DNA from: TPA_inf: Saccharomyces
Lineage: Eukaryota
Length of the DNA stretch: 64,000 nucleotides
Direction of reading: 5' to 3'
NCBI GenBank assembly: GCA_000146045.2
Contig: BK006939.2
Location: 96,001-160,000, forward strand
The translations under genes were made by a program, and so were the position numbers. Within the stretch, counting starts at the first letter, position 1. Every line of letters starts with the position of its first letter. The notes below the pieces were generated by a model. It was not told where the DNA came from and did not search any database. It saw nothing but the letters and a program-made list of their open reading frames with translations. Positions 32,825 through 45,891 of this stretch are shown here, piece by piece.

Positions 32825-34561
32825 ATGGGTTCATGTTGTAGTTGCTTGAAAGATTCTTCAGACGAGGCCAGTGTCTCACCAATTGCCGATAATGAAAGAG
32901 AAGCGGTGACTTTATTACTAGGGTATTTGGAGGATAAAGACCAATTAGACTTTTACTCTGGTGGTCCACTAAAGGCCCTAACTACTTTGGTGTATTCAGA
33001 TAATCTAAATTTGCAAAGGAGCGCCGCTCTGGCATTCGCAGAAATTACTGAAAAATACGTCCGTCAGGTCTCTAGAGAGGTACTGGAACCCATCTTAATA
33101 TTATTACAAAGCCAAGATCCACAGATTCAAGTGGCCGCTTGTGCAGCCTTGGGTAATTTGGCCGTTAATAATGAAAATAAATTATTAATTGTGGAAATGG
33201 GAGGCTTAGAGCCATTAATAAACCAAATGATGGGTGACAATGTAGAAGTTCAATGTAATGCTGTTGGATGCATTACCAATTTAGCCACAAGGGATGACAA
33301 TAAACATAAGATTGCTACTTCTGGTGCTTTAATTCCATTGACTAAGCTAGCTAAATCCAAACATATAAGAGTTCAGAGAAATGCTACAGGTGCATTATTA
33401 AATATGACACATTCTGAGGAAAATAGAAAAGAATTGGTTAATGCAGGTGCTGTGCCTGTATTGGTATCTTTACTGTCGTCCACCGATCCTGATGTTCAGT
33501 ACTATTGTACTACTGCTTTATCAAATATAGCAGTGGATGAAGCCAATCGCAAGAAGTTGGCTCAAACTGAGCCAAGATTGGTTTCCAAATTGGTTAGTCT
33601 GATGGATTCTCCATCTTCAAGGGTAAAATGTCAAGCTACTTTGGCTTTACGAAACCTAGCGTCCGATACAAGCTACCAATTAGAAATTGTAAGGGCTGGT
33701 GGGTTGCCTCATTTGGTAAAGTTGATTCAAAGTGATTCTATACCACTGGTTTTGGCTAGTGTGGCATGCATTAGAAACATTTCTATTCACCCTCTAAATG
33801 AAGGTTTAATTGTTGATGCAGGTTTCTTAAAACCATTAGTAAGATTGTTGGACTATAAGGATTCAGAAGAAATTCAATGTCACGCCGTATCTACTTTGAG
33901 AAATTTGGCTGCATCATCTGAAAAAAACAGAAAAGAGTTCTTCGAAAGTGGTGCTGTCGAAAAATGTAAGGAACTGGCTCTAGATTCACCTGTTAGTGTT
34001 CAAAGTGAAATTTCCGCATGTTTTGCTATTTTAGCCCTAGCAGATGTCTCCAAATTGGATCTACTGGAAGCAAATATCTTAGATGCTTTAATCCCTATGA
34101 CTTTTTCCCAGAACCAAGAAGTTTCTGGTAATGCTGCTGCTGCTTTGGCAAATCTATGTTCAAGAGTGAATAATTATACAAAAATTATTGAAGCATGGGA
34201 TCGTCCGAATGAAGGCATTCGTGGATTTCTGATTAGATTTTTGAAAAGTGACTATGCTACCTTTGAACACATTGCGCTATGGACAATTTTACAATTGCTA
34301 GAAAGTCATAATGATAAAGTGGAAGATTTGGTTAAAAATGATGACGACATCATTAACGGAGTGAGAAAAATGGCAGATGTGACCTTTGAGCGTTTACAAA
34401 GATCAGGAATTGATGTTAAAAATCCGGGGAGCAACAACAATCCAAGCTCGAATGATAACAACAGTAATAACAATGACACAGGATCTGAACATCAACCTGT
34501 AGAGGATGCAAGTTTGGAATTGTATAATATTACTCAACAGATTTTACAATTTTTACATTGA
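32825..34561 (+). CDS. VAC8: Vacuolar armadillo-repeat protein (578 aa)
   Basis: ATG at 32825. The N-terminus MGSCCSC carries the myristoylation Gly2 and the palmitoylation cysteines, followed by multiple ARM repeats. Confidence 0.95.
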   Translation: MGSCCSCLKDSSDEASVSPIADNEREAVTLLLGYLEDKDQLDFYSGGPLKALTTLVYSDNLNLQRSAALAFAEITEKYVRQVSREVLEPILILLQSQDPQIQVAACAALGNLAVNNENKLLIVEMGGLEPLINQMMGDNVEVQCNAVGCITNLATRDDNKHKIATSGALIPLTKLAKSKHIRVQRNATGALLNMTHSEENRKELVNAGAVPVLVSLLSSTDPDVQYYCTTALSNIAVDEANRKKLAQTEPRLVSKLVSLMDSPSSRVKCQATLALRNLASDTSYQLEIVRAGGLPHLVKLIQSDSIPLVLASVACIRNISIHPLNEGLIVDAGFLKPLVRLLDYKDSEEIQCHAVSTLRNLAASSEKNRKEFFESGAVEKCKELALDSPVSVQSEISACFAILALADVSKLDLLEANILDALIPMTFSQNQEVSGNAAAALANLCSRVNNYTKIIEAWDRPNEGIRGFLIRFLKSDYATFEHIALWTILQLLESHNDKVEDLVKNDDDIINGVRKMADVTFERLQRSGIDVKNPGSNNNPSSNDNNSNNNDTGSEHQPVEDASLELYNITQQILQFLH

Positions 34562-35082
34562 TTTTCTTCAAAAGCGGGACTAGGCATTATAATTTTTATC
34601 AAAATTTTCTTCTCAGAAGTTTTATTTTCTTTCTCTCCATTTCTTCCATCTTTTTAATCTTTGTTTCCTTTTTTTACATCATATTACTTCTACCTACTCT
34701 ACTCTATTCTAATTTCAATTGATTTTTTTTATTTTATTTTTTTTTTTGTTAATAAAAGAAGAAAAAACTTAAAAACGAATAAGAGGCTGTCTTTGTTCCG
34801 TAGTATATGCCTATTTCCTTCTAGAAGTTTGAAGTGTCGTAAATTTTACCTACGGATAATGTTCGTTACATTGTTGAATGGCAACTGTAGTGAGGTAATG
34901 TTCAAAAAGTGAGAAAGCGGGAGAGAAGGGCTACATACAAAAACCAATTCTAGATAACATCTATATCTTCGTTTTTAGAATATATTGTAATAAAACACAA
35001 TTGATAATACAGTTCTCTCTTCGTCCTCTGATGGTGGGAGATCTATTAAAAATACAAGTTAGCTGAGCGGGGGAAAAAAATA

Positions 35083-35153
35083 GGTCTTACCCGGATTCGA
35101 ACCGGGGTTGTTCGGATCAAAACCGAAAGTGATAACCACTACACTATAAAACC
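35083..35153 (-). tRNA. tRNA-Gln (UUG)
   Basis: Reverse complement: GGTTTTATAGTGTAGTGGTTATCACTTTCGGTTTTGATCCGAACAACCCCGGTTCGAATCCGGGTAAGACC. The anticodon loop TTTTGAT gives anticodon TTG, and the B-box is GGTTCGAATCC. A minus-strand T-run terminator appears as A7 at 35074..35080. Confidence 0.92.
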
Positions 35154-35770
35154 TCTTAATTATTGATTTCCACAATAATTTTATCATATATCAACACTAT
35201 TCTTCACATAGTTTTTTTAATCCCGGTGTCTCTCATCTGCTAATGAAAATACGTTCACTCATATTTCATGCACCTTCCAGTAGACTGACCCTTCATAAGG
35301 TTAAGAATATCATGGGGAAATTATCGCAATGCATGTCTCTTAAAGAATACAAGAATATATAAAGGCGAATCAACGATTCTTCACGATAATTTGTTTTCCT
35401 CTTAATCACACAGCAGTCTGAATTCTATCAGTGGCACATTAATCCTTGTTTCAATGCTCGTGTGCACATCTGCGTAAATATACATTCTTACGTTTTCTTA
35501 TTTAATAATAGTAGGTTGAGCTTCGTCCACCGGGTAATGCTCCCGGAGCAGTGGAATTAAAAAAAAAAAGGGTGAGCACCGGAAACAGCTATCTGCGCTT
35601 AAGTATCACTAACGTAAAGCATAGGTAGGATTTCCAGTTCTGCCACATTTGATAAATAGTGTAATCCGTAATTATCAAGCGAGATAGTTTTCGAATATAA
35701 TTTAGAAGTAAGAGCAAAATATTAATAGTATTTCATAAGGAATATTGGAAGAAAGGAGCGTAATACGAAA

Positions 35771-36551
35771 GATGAGGTATGTTTGATAAGATATATACGT
35801 ATATTTATATATCACTCTTCTGAGAAAGTATGCCATAGAATGAGGATCACTAACAAAGAAAATGTCAATGAACTTCAAAGATATCGTTTAATGAAACAGT
35901 AGCTCTAAAAGAAGGATCGAGACAGATGTTATGAAACTGTTGATGAGTGATCATCAAGTGGATTTAATCAATGATAGCATGCAAGAGTTTCATGTAAAGT
36001 TCTTGGGACCAAAGGATACACCCTACGAAAATGGGGTTTGGAGGTTACATGTAGAGTTGCCGGATAATTACCCATACAAGTCGCCAAGCATAGGGTTCGT
36101 TAACAAGATATTCCATCCTAACATTGATATCGCATCGGGGTCCATATGTTTGGACGTAATTAACTCTACATGGTCGCCTTTATATGATCTGATAAATATA
36201 GTGGAGTGGATGATACCAGGTTTATTAAAGGAGCCTAATGGTAGCGATCCCTTGAATAACGAAGCTGCCACATTGCAATTACGAGATAAAAAACTGTATG
36301 AGGAAAAAATCAAAGAGTATATAGACAAGTATGCTACAAAGGAAAAGTACCAACAAATGTTTGGCGGAGATAATGATAGCGATGACAGTGATAGCGGCGG
36401 TGATTTACAAGAAGAGGACAGTGATTCTGATGAAGATATGGATGGCACTGGTGTTTCCAGTGGCGATGATAGCGTAGATGAGTTAAGCGAGGATCTAAGT
36501 GACATAGATGTCAGTGATGACGATGACTACGACGAAGTCGCAAATCAATAA
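35771..36551 (+). CDS. UBC8: Ubiquitin-conjugating enzyme E2, spliced; exon 1 is 35771..35775 (ATGAG), the intron is 35776..35899, exon 2 is 35900..36551 (218 aa)
   Basis: GTATGT 5' splice site at 35776, branch-point CACTAAC near 35848, and 3' splice site AAACAG|T at 35899. The spliced frame yields [20 protein letters not shown]..., then the UBC fold ([15 protein letters not shown]) and an acidic C-terminal tail. Confidence 0.9.
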
Positions 36552-36560
36552 TTTCGAGCA

Positions 36561-36565
36561 CACAC

Positions 36566-36599
<34 letters not shown>

Positions 36600-36610
36600 A
36601 AGTATATATG
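36561..36610. repeat. Compound microsatellite (CA)3(TA)11(TGTA)3
   Basis: cacacatatatatatatatatatatatgtatgtatgtata lies immediately 3' of the UBC8 stop codon. Confidence 0.9.
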
Positions 36611-37119
36611 ATGGCATACTATACCACACGTACGACTATAATTACAAACAACTATCAAGCAACTACAAGGATCTCTGTGGGCTAGTGGCCTGCGGGCTCA
36701 ATTTTGCTCTTGTTCCTGAACGGTGAATTCTGTAGTCTGTCATCCAGGGGAAGGGCAGGGCACTCATCAACAATGTGATAGTCAGAAAGCAATAATGTTT
36801 TGTATTCTGATGAGCTTTCACTATCTCTTCCGCAATACCCCTTTTTGCCTATATTACGGCATCATCTTTCCCCGCGTTCTCGTGGGGGCCAAATAAGCTT
36901 TGTCCAAGGGGCTGTTGCAACGGTAAAGGTAGTCGAGCCAAGTGACACCAGCAAACAAGGAAACAAGGAAGCAAGGAAGGCTTTCCATTTTCCAATAACG
37001 ACATGAGTCTATCTATGGTGTATAAAAGTGGCAGGCTTTTCCTACATTTTTTTTCCCTGATAACTTCCTGTTACTATTTAAGAACACCAAACCAAGTATA
37101 AAGAACCGTCAAGAATAAA

Positions 37120-39234
37120 ATGTACAACATTCCAGATAATGTCAAAGGGGCTGTAGAATTTGATCCATGGTTGAAACCGTTTGCCGATGTACTTTCTGAA
37201 AGAAGATACCTAGCTGACAAGTGGTTGTACGACATAACTCATGCTACGCCTGATGGTTCGTATCAGTCACTCAGTAAGTTTGCTAGAGATTCATACAAGT
37301 CATATGGGTTGCATGCCAATCCGGAAACCAAAGAAATCACTTACAAAGAGTGGGCACCCAATGCGGAACGTGCATTTCTAGTGGGAGATTTCAATAACTG
37401 GGATACCACATCTCATGAGCTCAAGAACAAGGACGAATTTGGAAATTTTACAATCACACTTCATCCTTTACCTAACGGCGATTTCGCCATCCCTCATGAT
37501 TCGAAGATTAAAGTCATGTTTATTTTGCCAGATGGTTCCAAGATCTTTCGTTTACCTGCGTGGATCACAAGGGCTACACAGCCTTCTAAGGAAACTTCTA
37601 AACAGTTCGGGCCCGCATATGAAGGTAGGTTTTGGAATCCAGAGAACCCCTACAAATTTGTACATCCAAGGCCAAAGTTTAGTGAATCTGTAGATTCCTT
37701 AAGGATTTATGAAGCCCACGTCGGTATTTCGAGTCCAGAACCAAAGATAACCACATATAAAGAATTTACTGAGAAGGTCTTACCCAGAATCAAATATCTT
37801 GGCTACGATGCAATTCAATTAATGGCTATTATGGAACATGCTTATTATGCATCATTTGGCTACCAAGTGACCAATTTTTTTGCGGCGAGCTCCCGTTTCG
37901 GCACCCCTGAGGAATTAAAGGAGCTGATTGATACTGCACATTCTATGGGCATCCTAGTTTTATTGGATGTAGTTCATAGCCATGCTTCTAAAAACGTCGA
38001 GGATGGGTTGAACATGTTTGACGGTTCTGATCATCAGTATTTCCATTCTATAAGCTCCGGTAGGGGTGAGCATCCGCTGTGGGATTCCCGTCTTTTTAAT
38101 TACGGAAAATTTGAAGTGCAGCGATTCTTATTAGCAAACCTGGCATTTTATGTTGACGTTTATCAGTTTGATGGGTTTAGATTCGATGGTGTCACATCAA
38201 TGTTATACGTTCATCATGGTGTTGGTGCCGGTGGGTCTTTTAGCGGTGACTATAACGAATATCTTTCTCGTGACAGGTCCTTCGTCGATCATGAAGCCTT
38301 AGCTTATTTAATGTTAGCCAATGATTTGGTTCACGAAATGTTGCCAAATCTGGCTGTAACTGTTGCAGAAGATGTCTCTGGTTATCCAACTTTATGTTTA
38401 CCCCGCTCCATAGGTGGTACTGGTTTCGACTACAGATTAGCAATGGCTTTGCCTGATATGTGGATCAAACTAATCAAGGAGAAGAAAGATGATGAATGGG
38501 AGATGGGAAGTATTGTATACACTTTAACTAATAGACGATATGGTGAAAAAGTGGTTGCTTATTGTGAGTCGCACGACCAAGCTTTAGTTGGTGATAAGAC
38601 ATTAGCGTTTTGGTTGATGGATGCCGCTATGTACACCGATATGACTGTATTGAAGGAACCATCCATCGTTATTGACCGTGGTATTGCTCTACACAAGATG
38701 ATTAGGCTGATCACTCACTCGCTGGGAGGCGAGGCTTATTTGAACTTCGAAGGTAATGAGTTCGGTCATCCAGAATGGTTGGATTTCCCTAATGTTAACA
38801 ATGGCGATAGCTACAAGTATGCTCGTAGGCAGTTTAATTTGGCTGATGATCCCTTACTGCGTTACCAGAATTTAAATGAGTTTGATAGATCAATGCAATT
38901 ATGTGAGAAAAGGCATAAGTGGCTGAACACGAAACAGGCTTATGTTTCATTAAAACATGAAGGTGACAAAATGATTGTGTTTGAAAGAAATAATCTGTTG
39001 TTTATTTTCAACTTCCATCCTACAAACAGCTACAGCGATTATAGAGTTGGTGTCGAAAAAGCTGGTACTTATCACATCGTGTTGAACTCAGATCGTGCTG
39101 AATTTGGTGGACATAACAGAATCAACGAAAGTTCCGAATTCTTTACCACCGATTTGGAATGGAACAACAGGAAGAACTTCCTCCAAGTTTATATTCCTAG
39201 TAGAGTCGCTTTGGTGCTTGCCTTAAAAGAATGA
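37120..39234 (+). CDS. GLC3: Glycogen branching enzyme, GH13 1,4-alpha-glucan branching enzyme (704 aa)
   Basis: ATG at 37120. GH13 catalytic regions ([36 protein letters not shown]). Confidence 0.95.
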
Positions 39235-39424
39235 ACTCTATACTATATTGCTTACTGAAAATCAAGACTCAATAATTTTTTTCTCTTCATGTATTGGTAG
39301 ATATCTAAACGTACATAACAAAAAAAGAAAAAAGTAACTTGGGGTTAAAGAATAATTGACTTTGGGCGAATAGCAGAGCTGTCATTACTGCTGATGCTTT
39401 TTTCTTATTTTCGGAGAAAAAGAA

Positions 39425-39497
39425 AGCCCTGTAGGGGGCTCGAACCCCTAACCTTATGATTAAGAGTCATACGCGCTACCGATTGCGCCAACAAGGC
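39425..39497 (-). tRNA. tRNA-Lys (CUU)
   Basis: Reverse complement: GCCTTGTTGGCGCAATCGGTAGCGCGTATGACTCTTAATCATAAGGTTAGGGGTTCGAGCCCCCTACAGGGCT. Anticodon CTT, B-box GGTTCGAGCCC. Confidence 0.92.
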
Positions 39498-39607
39498 TTT
39501 TTTCTTGGGAAAATCTCTTCCAAGGTTTAACCTATACTGTCTGTGTATGTCTAAAACGAAGCATTGGTTGTTCATTGATTGCAACAGTAATGAATAATTA
39601 GGGTTAT

Positions 39608-39939
39608 TGAAGAGAATGTGGATTTTGATGTAATTGTTGGGATTCCATTGTGATTAAGGCTATAATATTAGGTATGTAGATATACTAGAAGTTCTCCTCG
39701 AGGATTTAGGAATCCATAAAAGGGAATCTGCAATTCTACACAATTCTATAAATATTATTATCATCGTTTTATATGTTAATATTCATTGATCCTATTACAT
39801 TATCAATCCTTGCGTTTCAGCTTCCACTAATTTAGATGACTATTTCTCATCATTTGCGTCATCTTCTAACACCGTATATGATAATATACTAGTAACGTAA
39901 ATACTAGTTAGTAGATGATAGTTGATTTTTATTCCAACA
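39608..39939 (-). mobile_element. Ty1 delta solo LTR (332 bp) with a perfect 5-bp target-site duplication GTTAT
   Basis: The element spans TGAAGAGAATGTGGATTTTGATG...TTATTCCAACA, which is the delta consensus in reverse orientation with TG..CA termini. GTTAT at 39603..39607 is repeated at 39940..39944. It lies about 110 bp from the tRNA-Lys 5' end. Confidence 0.9.
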
Positions 39940-40062
39940 GTTATTAGAGGCGGTAATCTATGAGTTCACATAAAGTATTGATAGATGACGTAAATTATCG
40001 GCCGGTAGGATAAGATCCAACAGTTACTAAGTTAGTGACCCTGAAGCACAGTGATCATAATG

Positions 40063-40390
40063 TGTTGGAATAAGAATGAAACGCCATCACCTATCGACTA
40101 GTATTTATATTACTGGTGTATATCAAGGAGAACGTAAGAAGATGAGACGTAAATTCGAGAAACAATTATCAAATATAATGGAATGAGAGAAGAGTGAAAC
40201 GTATATAATGAAAGAGGAAATATCTCAACGTTCATCTGTCTCTCGTAATGTGACAGAAAAAGAAAATCGATCAAAAATATGGGGAAATATTCATCATGTA
40301 GAATTTCAAATATTTTCATTGTAATTTCTAAAATTAATGAGGAAAATTCGATATATCTGGTATCACTTTATTATTCCTTCAGCACGAAAT
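40063..40390 (+). mobile_element. Old, diverged delta-like LTR fragment
   Basis: Starts TGTTGGAATAAGAATGAAAC and shows patchy similarity to the delta consensus (ctagtatttatattactggtgtatat, agaagatgagacgtaaattcgagaaa). The 3' boundary is uncertain. Confidence 0.45.
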
Positions 40391-41296
40391 GTCGAGCGAT
40401 CTCGATGCAGGAACCAGGTATAAGTAGCGATAGTAAATTTTTTTCTCTCTTTTTAATAATCCGGAAAGTCTCAGTTGCGAGTGATTGCAGACAGTTGTAT
40501 GAATGTAAAAAAAGTAATGAAAACATTTGGGAGTATTTCAAACGGAGGTTAGAGACGAGGCTTTCGAGCTTTTCTATTATTTTAAGTGCTGTGTTTCCGG
40601 ACGTGCTCTTCACTTTCTTATTTTCTTGATAATATTTCCTGTAAATGTTACAGCAGAATGGTTGCAAACTCAATAAAATTCTGAGGGCAACTGGCAGAGA
40701 ACCTTCAATTTTGGAAAACAGAAGGAACCGAAGCCAGGCATAACGTTGTTTTCTATATTTTTTAAGTAAGGTGTTCATCCAGTAGAGATCAGGTTACATC
40801 ATAGCAATTCATTCATGAATAAAGAGTATCAGTTTTTTAAATGTACAGTATTAGCCGCTGAAATGCACCAATTTGAGGTTATTTTTGAAACATAACTTGA
40901 AGAGAAAAGACAGCATTAGGGCGTTTCTTAACTAGCGATGACGTGCTTCGATTGAGCGGTAAGTGGAAAGTATCAGTCTGTGTCTACTCGTTTTTTTAAG
41001 ACATTGTATATAATATGTTTTGCTGGTTAGATAAATGCGTGGTGCACATATAATGGATACATCCGTAGCTATGGAATCCGCTTTCACCAATTGTAAAAAA
41101 GTCTACAACGACACATGCTATCGGATAGGAACAAGCAACAAATTGGAAACGTATGAGAACGAATGAAGGATATCCATCAGGAAGAAGCGATCAGTTAAGG
41201 CATCAGAAATTTCTTTCAATGAGGAATTGACAACGTGTTTGTATAAGATCTGATTACCTATGTAGTTCGGCTGCATAGATTTCAGTTACATTCACA

Positions 41297-41665
41297 TTAA
41301 AGAAGCACGAGCGCATATTGTATTGTGAAAGTAGGAATCAATTACCATTTACCAAATACTGTTCTAATCACTTTAATACTATGTTATATTGTGTAAGAAA
41401 ATAACACAAATTACGAGAAGTAGTCATTGAATGTAGAAAAAGCTGAAATGCAAGGATTGATAGCATAATATGATGAATGAATAAAGACGTATAAAATGGA
41501 AAAGAAATAATATGTTGAAATATTAGTTTATTATTTTTTTATCTAATCCCAAGGAGAATTTCTAGCGTATTTTACTTGATAACTGAACCTTTCATTAAGA
41601 ACGCAAACTCAATGTTTCCAAATATTAATTCATTTCCCATGTATACCTGATATCGTTCAATTCCA
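41297..41665 (+). mobile_element. Diverged Ty4 tau-like LTR fragment
   Basis: About 70% similarity to the tau consensus and to the intact tau at 42221..42553 (gaagtagtcattgaatgtagaaaaagctgaaatgcaaggattgatagcataata...ttcatttc). Confidence 0.5.
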
Positions 41666-42220
41666 GAATTCTTACAAAGCAGATACTATAAAAAGTGAAG
41701 GGGAGCGAAATGAATACAACTTTCTATTATTTTCAGACGGTTAAGAGAGTACAAATGACTATCCTTTTTGAATTCTCTAGCTTAAAATGAATAGTTGATT
41801 CTTTTGCCAAAGACGAAAATAGTTGCCAGTAAGCATCTCTTATGAAATAAGTGTTGTTGTGAATAGCTCAATAGAGATGTATTATTAATAAGCCTCGTAT
41901 TTTCAGGGATCATGCGTAGCATAATGGCAGTTGGTAAGGGGAATAAGAATGATGATTCCATTATTGCGAATAAAGGTATTTCTGAAAGTACATCTAATGG
42001 GCTATTTGAAAATTTGTTTAGGATTATGGTAATAAAAGAGGCATTAACGCCAGAACCTTTATTTTATCACTTTTTCGATATTTGTTAATAATCTAAATCT
42101 AACTTATATCTAAACCTTAGCGTTTGCATTCTTGATTTCTATATTTTTATTCACAATATGGAAAGGAAAAACAATCTCTTAGGTTGTCCAAGAAAACTTC
42201 TCTCCCTGTCATACTCAAAG

Positions 42221-42553
42221 TGTTGGAACAAAAATCAACTATCGTCTATCAACTAGTAGCTATACTACTAATATATTATCATATACGGTGTTAGATGATG
42301 ACATAAGTTATGAGAAGCTGTCATCGAAGTTAGAAGAAGCTGAAATGCAAGGATTGATAATGTAATAGAATTTAATGAAACATATAAAACGGAATGAGGA
42401 ATAATCGTAATATTAGTATGTAAAAATATGGATTCCATTTTGAGGATTCCTATATCCATGAGGAGAACTTCTAGTATATGCTGTATACATAATACTATAG
42501 CCTTGATCAACAATGGAACCCCAACAATTATCTCACAATTCACCCATTTCTCA
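42221..42553 (+). mobile_element. Ty4 tau solo LTR (333 bp)
   Basis: Runs TGTTGGAACAAAAATCAACTATCGTCTATCAACTAGTAGC ... CACAATTCACCCATTTCTCA, a near-full-length tau with TG..CA ends. It lies 113 bp upstream of the tRNA-Arg. I see no clean target-site duplication. Confidence 0.85.
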
Positions 42554-42665
42554 ACTAGTAACATGAGTACTCCTAAATAGGGCGATATTTTAAAGTTTCA
42601 TTCCAGCATTAGCTATAACACGTTAATATGGTGGAGTCAGCTGAGAAGTTTTTTCAATAAATAAT

Positions 42666-42737
42666 GCTCGCGTGGCGTAATGGCAACGCGTCTGACTTCT
42701 AATCAGAAGATTATGGGTTCGACCCCCATCGTGAGTG
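42666..42737 (+). tRNA. tRNA-Arg (UCU)
   Basis: GCTCGCGTGGCGTAATGGCAACGCGTCTGACTTCTAATCAGAAGATTATGGGTTCGACCCCCATCGTGAGTG. Anticodon TCT, followed by the T8 terminator. Confidence 0.92.
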
Positions 42738-42917
42738 TTTTTTTTATCTATTCCTAACCAGTAAATACCAGAACATACGGCAGATTATAAATGCGTGGTG
42801 TAAAATTCTACTTAAGAAAATTGGCATAAAAAAGATTAAATTCTTATCTAAGTGAATGTATCTATTTCGTTATACACGAGAATGAAATAAAAAATATAAA
42901 ATAAAAGGTAAATGAAA

Positions 42918-43832
<915 letters not shown>

Positions 43833-43902
43833 TTAATTAATGATAGTATAGGGAAATTTTTATTGGCGAGTAAACCTGGATAATTTGACAGAAAGGTAAC
43901 CG

Positions 43903-44124
43903 TTACGGAAACATCTTGAATAAAATTCTACGGGTACATGATAGCAATTGGTAACAAAACAAATAACTCTTCAAAAAACTGACAGTTTTCAAAAAAAGTA
44001 AAGGACTTTAATTAATAAGGGAAAATAAATTTTCTCTTTCAATAAATTTAACACATAATTCTCTTAATAATTTTCTAATAATAATCTACTTTAAAAACAA
44101 AATATAATCGGTTTAGCAAGCCAT
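43903..44124 (-). promoter_or_regulatory. GCN4 5'-leader with four uORFs: uORF1 44113..44124 (ATGGCTTGCTAA), uORF2 44048..44056 (ATGTGTTAA), uORF3 43928..43939 (ATGTACCCGTAG), uORF4 43903..43914 (ATGTTTCCGTAA)
   Basis: All four short uORFs are readable on the minus strand upstream of the GCN4 ATG, at the classical spacing. Confidence 0.95.
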
Positions 44125-45297
44125 TTTTCAATGATCTTTAATTTTTTAATACGATACTGATAATAACTTAATAAACTGAACTAAAATAAAATATTTTGTT
44201 TTGATTGCGAAGTAGATGAGTGAGCTGTGTGGCTGGTGAGTTGTATAATTCGCTAGTGAAACTGATGGGCAAAAAAAATTTGAATTTAGGGGGGAGAGTA
44301 ACCTGTGTTGTGAGTTTTTGTTTTGTTTTGTTTTGTATATCTATTATATAAGAAGATAAGTACTGTCAAGAAGTAGAAGATTTTAAAAGGTAAGACAGCG
44401 AGCCGAAACTTCTTTAAAGAAGACTAAAATTTCGGAATTGGAAAAAAAGGTTGGAGTATTTATCTTCCGTATTTAAAGTCGGAAATTTTTCATCTTTTTT
44501 TTTCAAGATGTATGCTCATGCACTTTATTCCCCGAAGATCTTCGAAAGCAGTTCAATTTAATTGGCTGGAGATTGGCGTTTGGAGAGGCGGTGTGTATGT
44601 CAAGAAAGGCATTGTCAACGCCCGGACAAATAATTCTAATTTTTACAAGATGCCGGTGGTGTTCGGCATTGTAAAAGGTATGGGTGCTTTGTGCGTCCAC
44701 GCATGGGGTATGGGGTATGGGGGCATCATCGATTGTTCTCCGGTAACGGAACACGGCAATATTTCTGTTCTACAGCTTGAATACATGCCGTGGATCTGTT
44801 TATCAAAGATAATGTCATGTAGCGTGGCAAGTCGACACAGCAACGTGTGGATAATGGATGAGACGATAGCGCCACTGGTTGGTTGTTTGTAAGCTTCGAT
44901 TGGTAACAGTGGGCTAAAATAGATTGTAGTTATACCCCCACGTTTGCTGGGTCTCACGATCCATATCAGACTGCCCGCGTGGGGTTAATTCTGAGGTGTT
45001 GAGCCAGCCAACTCAGACGTTTTGATGACGAAGAACAGAAGATGCAAGTCTTCTACGTATGCAATGATCTGTCCAACTCACCGAAACAAGAAAAAATTTT
45101 GCGTTTTTTTTTTCCTACAAATCCCCCATTTATTCGGAAGGTGTGGGTGGAGGCGTAGTTTTTTGTTTATTTTTTCCCAATTTACGTAGTCCCGCAGGTC
45201 GGTTTTCCTCTCAGTCTCCGTACATTTCTTATTTTTTACGTTTAAAGTTCGTTAACGAGGCAAAAAATGGCCTGTCTTCCTCCTTTTCCGCCGGCAA

Positions 45298-45350
45298 CTG
45301 TAACTGTAAACTGTAAAATTGTAAGTGTAATTGTAATTGTAACTGTAATT
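45298..45350. repeat. Degenerate hexamer array (TGTAAY)n, about 9 units
   Basis: ctgtaactgtaaactgtaaaattgtaagtgtaattgtaattgtaactgtaatttt lies about 540 bp upstream of the MIT1 ATG. Confidence 0.85.
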
Positions 45351-45891
45351 TTAACGCTGAATTCTTGCGCGCTCTCGTTGGTTACTATCTTTTCTTCTTA
45401 ATCGAAGTGTGTACAGTTATGTGCCGTTTGTTTCAATTTGGCTGAATCTTCCTCATCTTGCCCCTTCTTTGGTGTTTTTTTTGCGCAACTCAAAACCTCG
45501 TTACTGCATCAAATTTAAATTTAAGCTAGAGAGAAGGTAGTGAGAAAGCTATTTTGTTTATTTGTATTTTTTCGTTTCCCGATCGTTTCCCTTCCATTTC
45601 TGTTTTCGAACCCTTTTATTTTCTATCTGTGAATTAGACAGCCTGTTCACCGGTAGCCTTTTGATTGTTTGTTTGTCTTTTTTAAGATTATCAATATTAT
45701 TTAATATCTCGCCTCAACTATCGACAATATAGCCTATTTTCTTCTCTTTTTTGGTCCGCCTCTGTTGTACGCCATTTCTATACTGTGTTACTAGGATAAA
45801 ATAAATACCTGTACTGCATCATCTTTCCTATCACCATCTTTTTCCACAAAACAACATTTCAACTAGACACAAGGACAACGTAAATTTCTAA

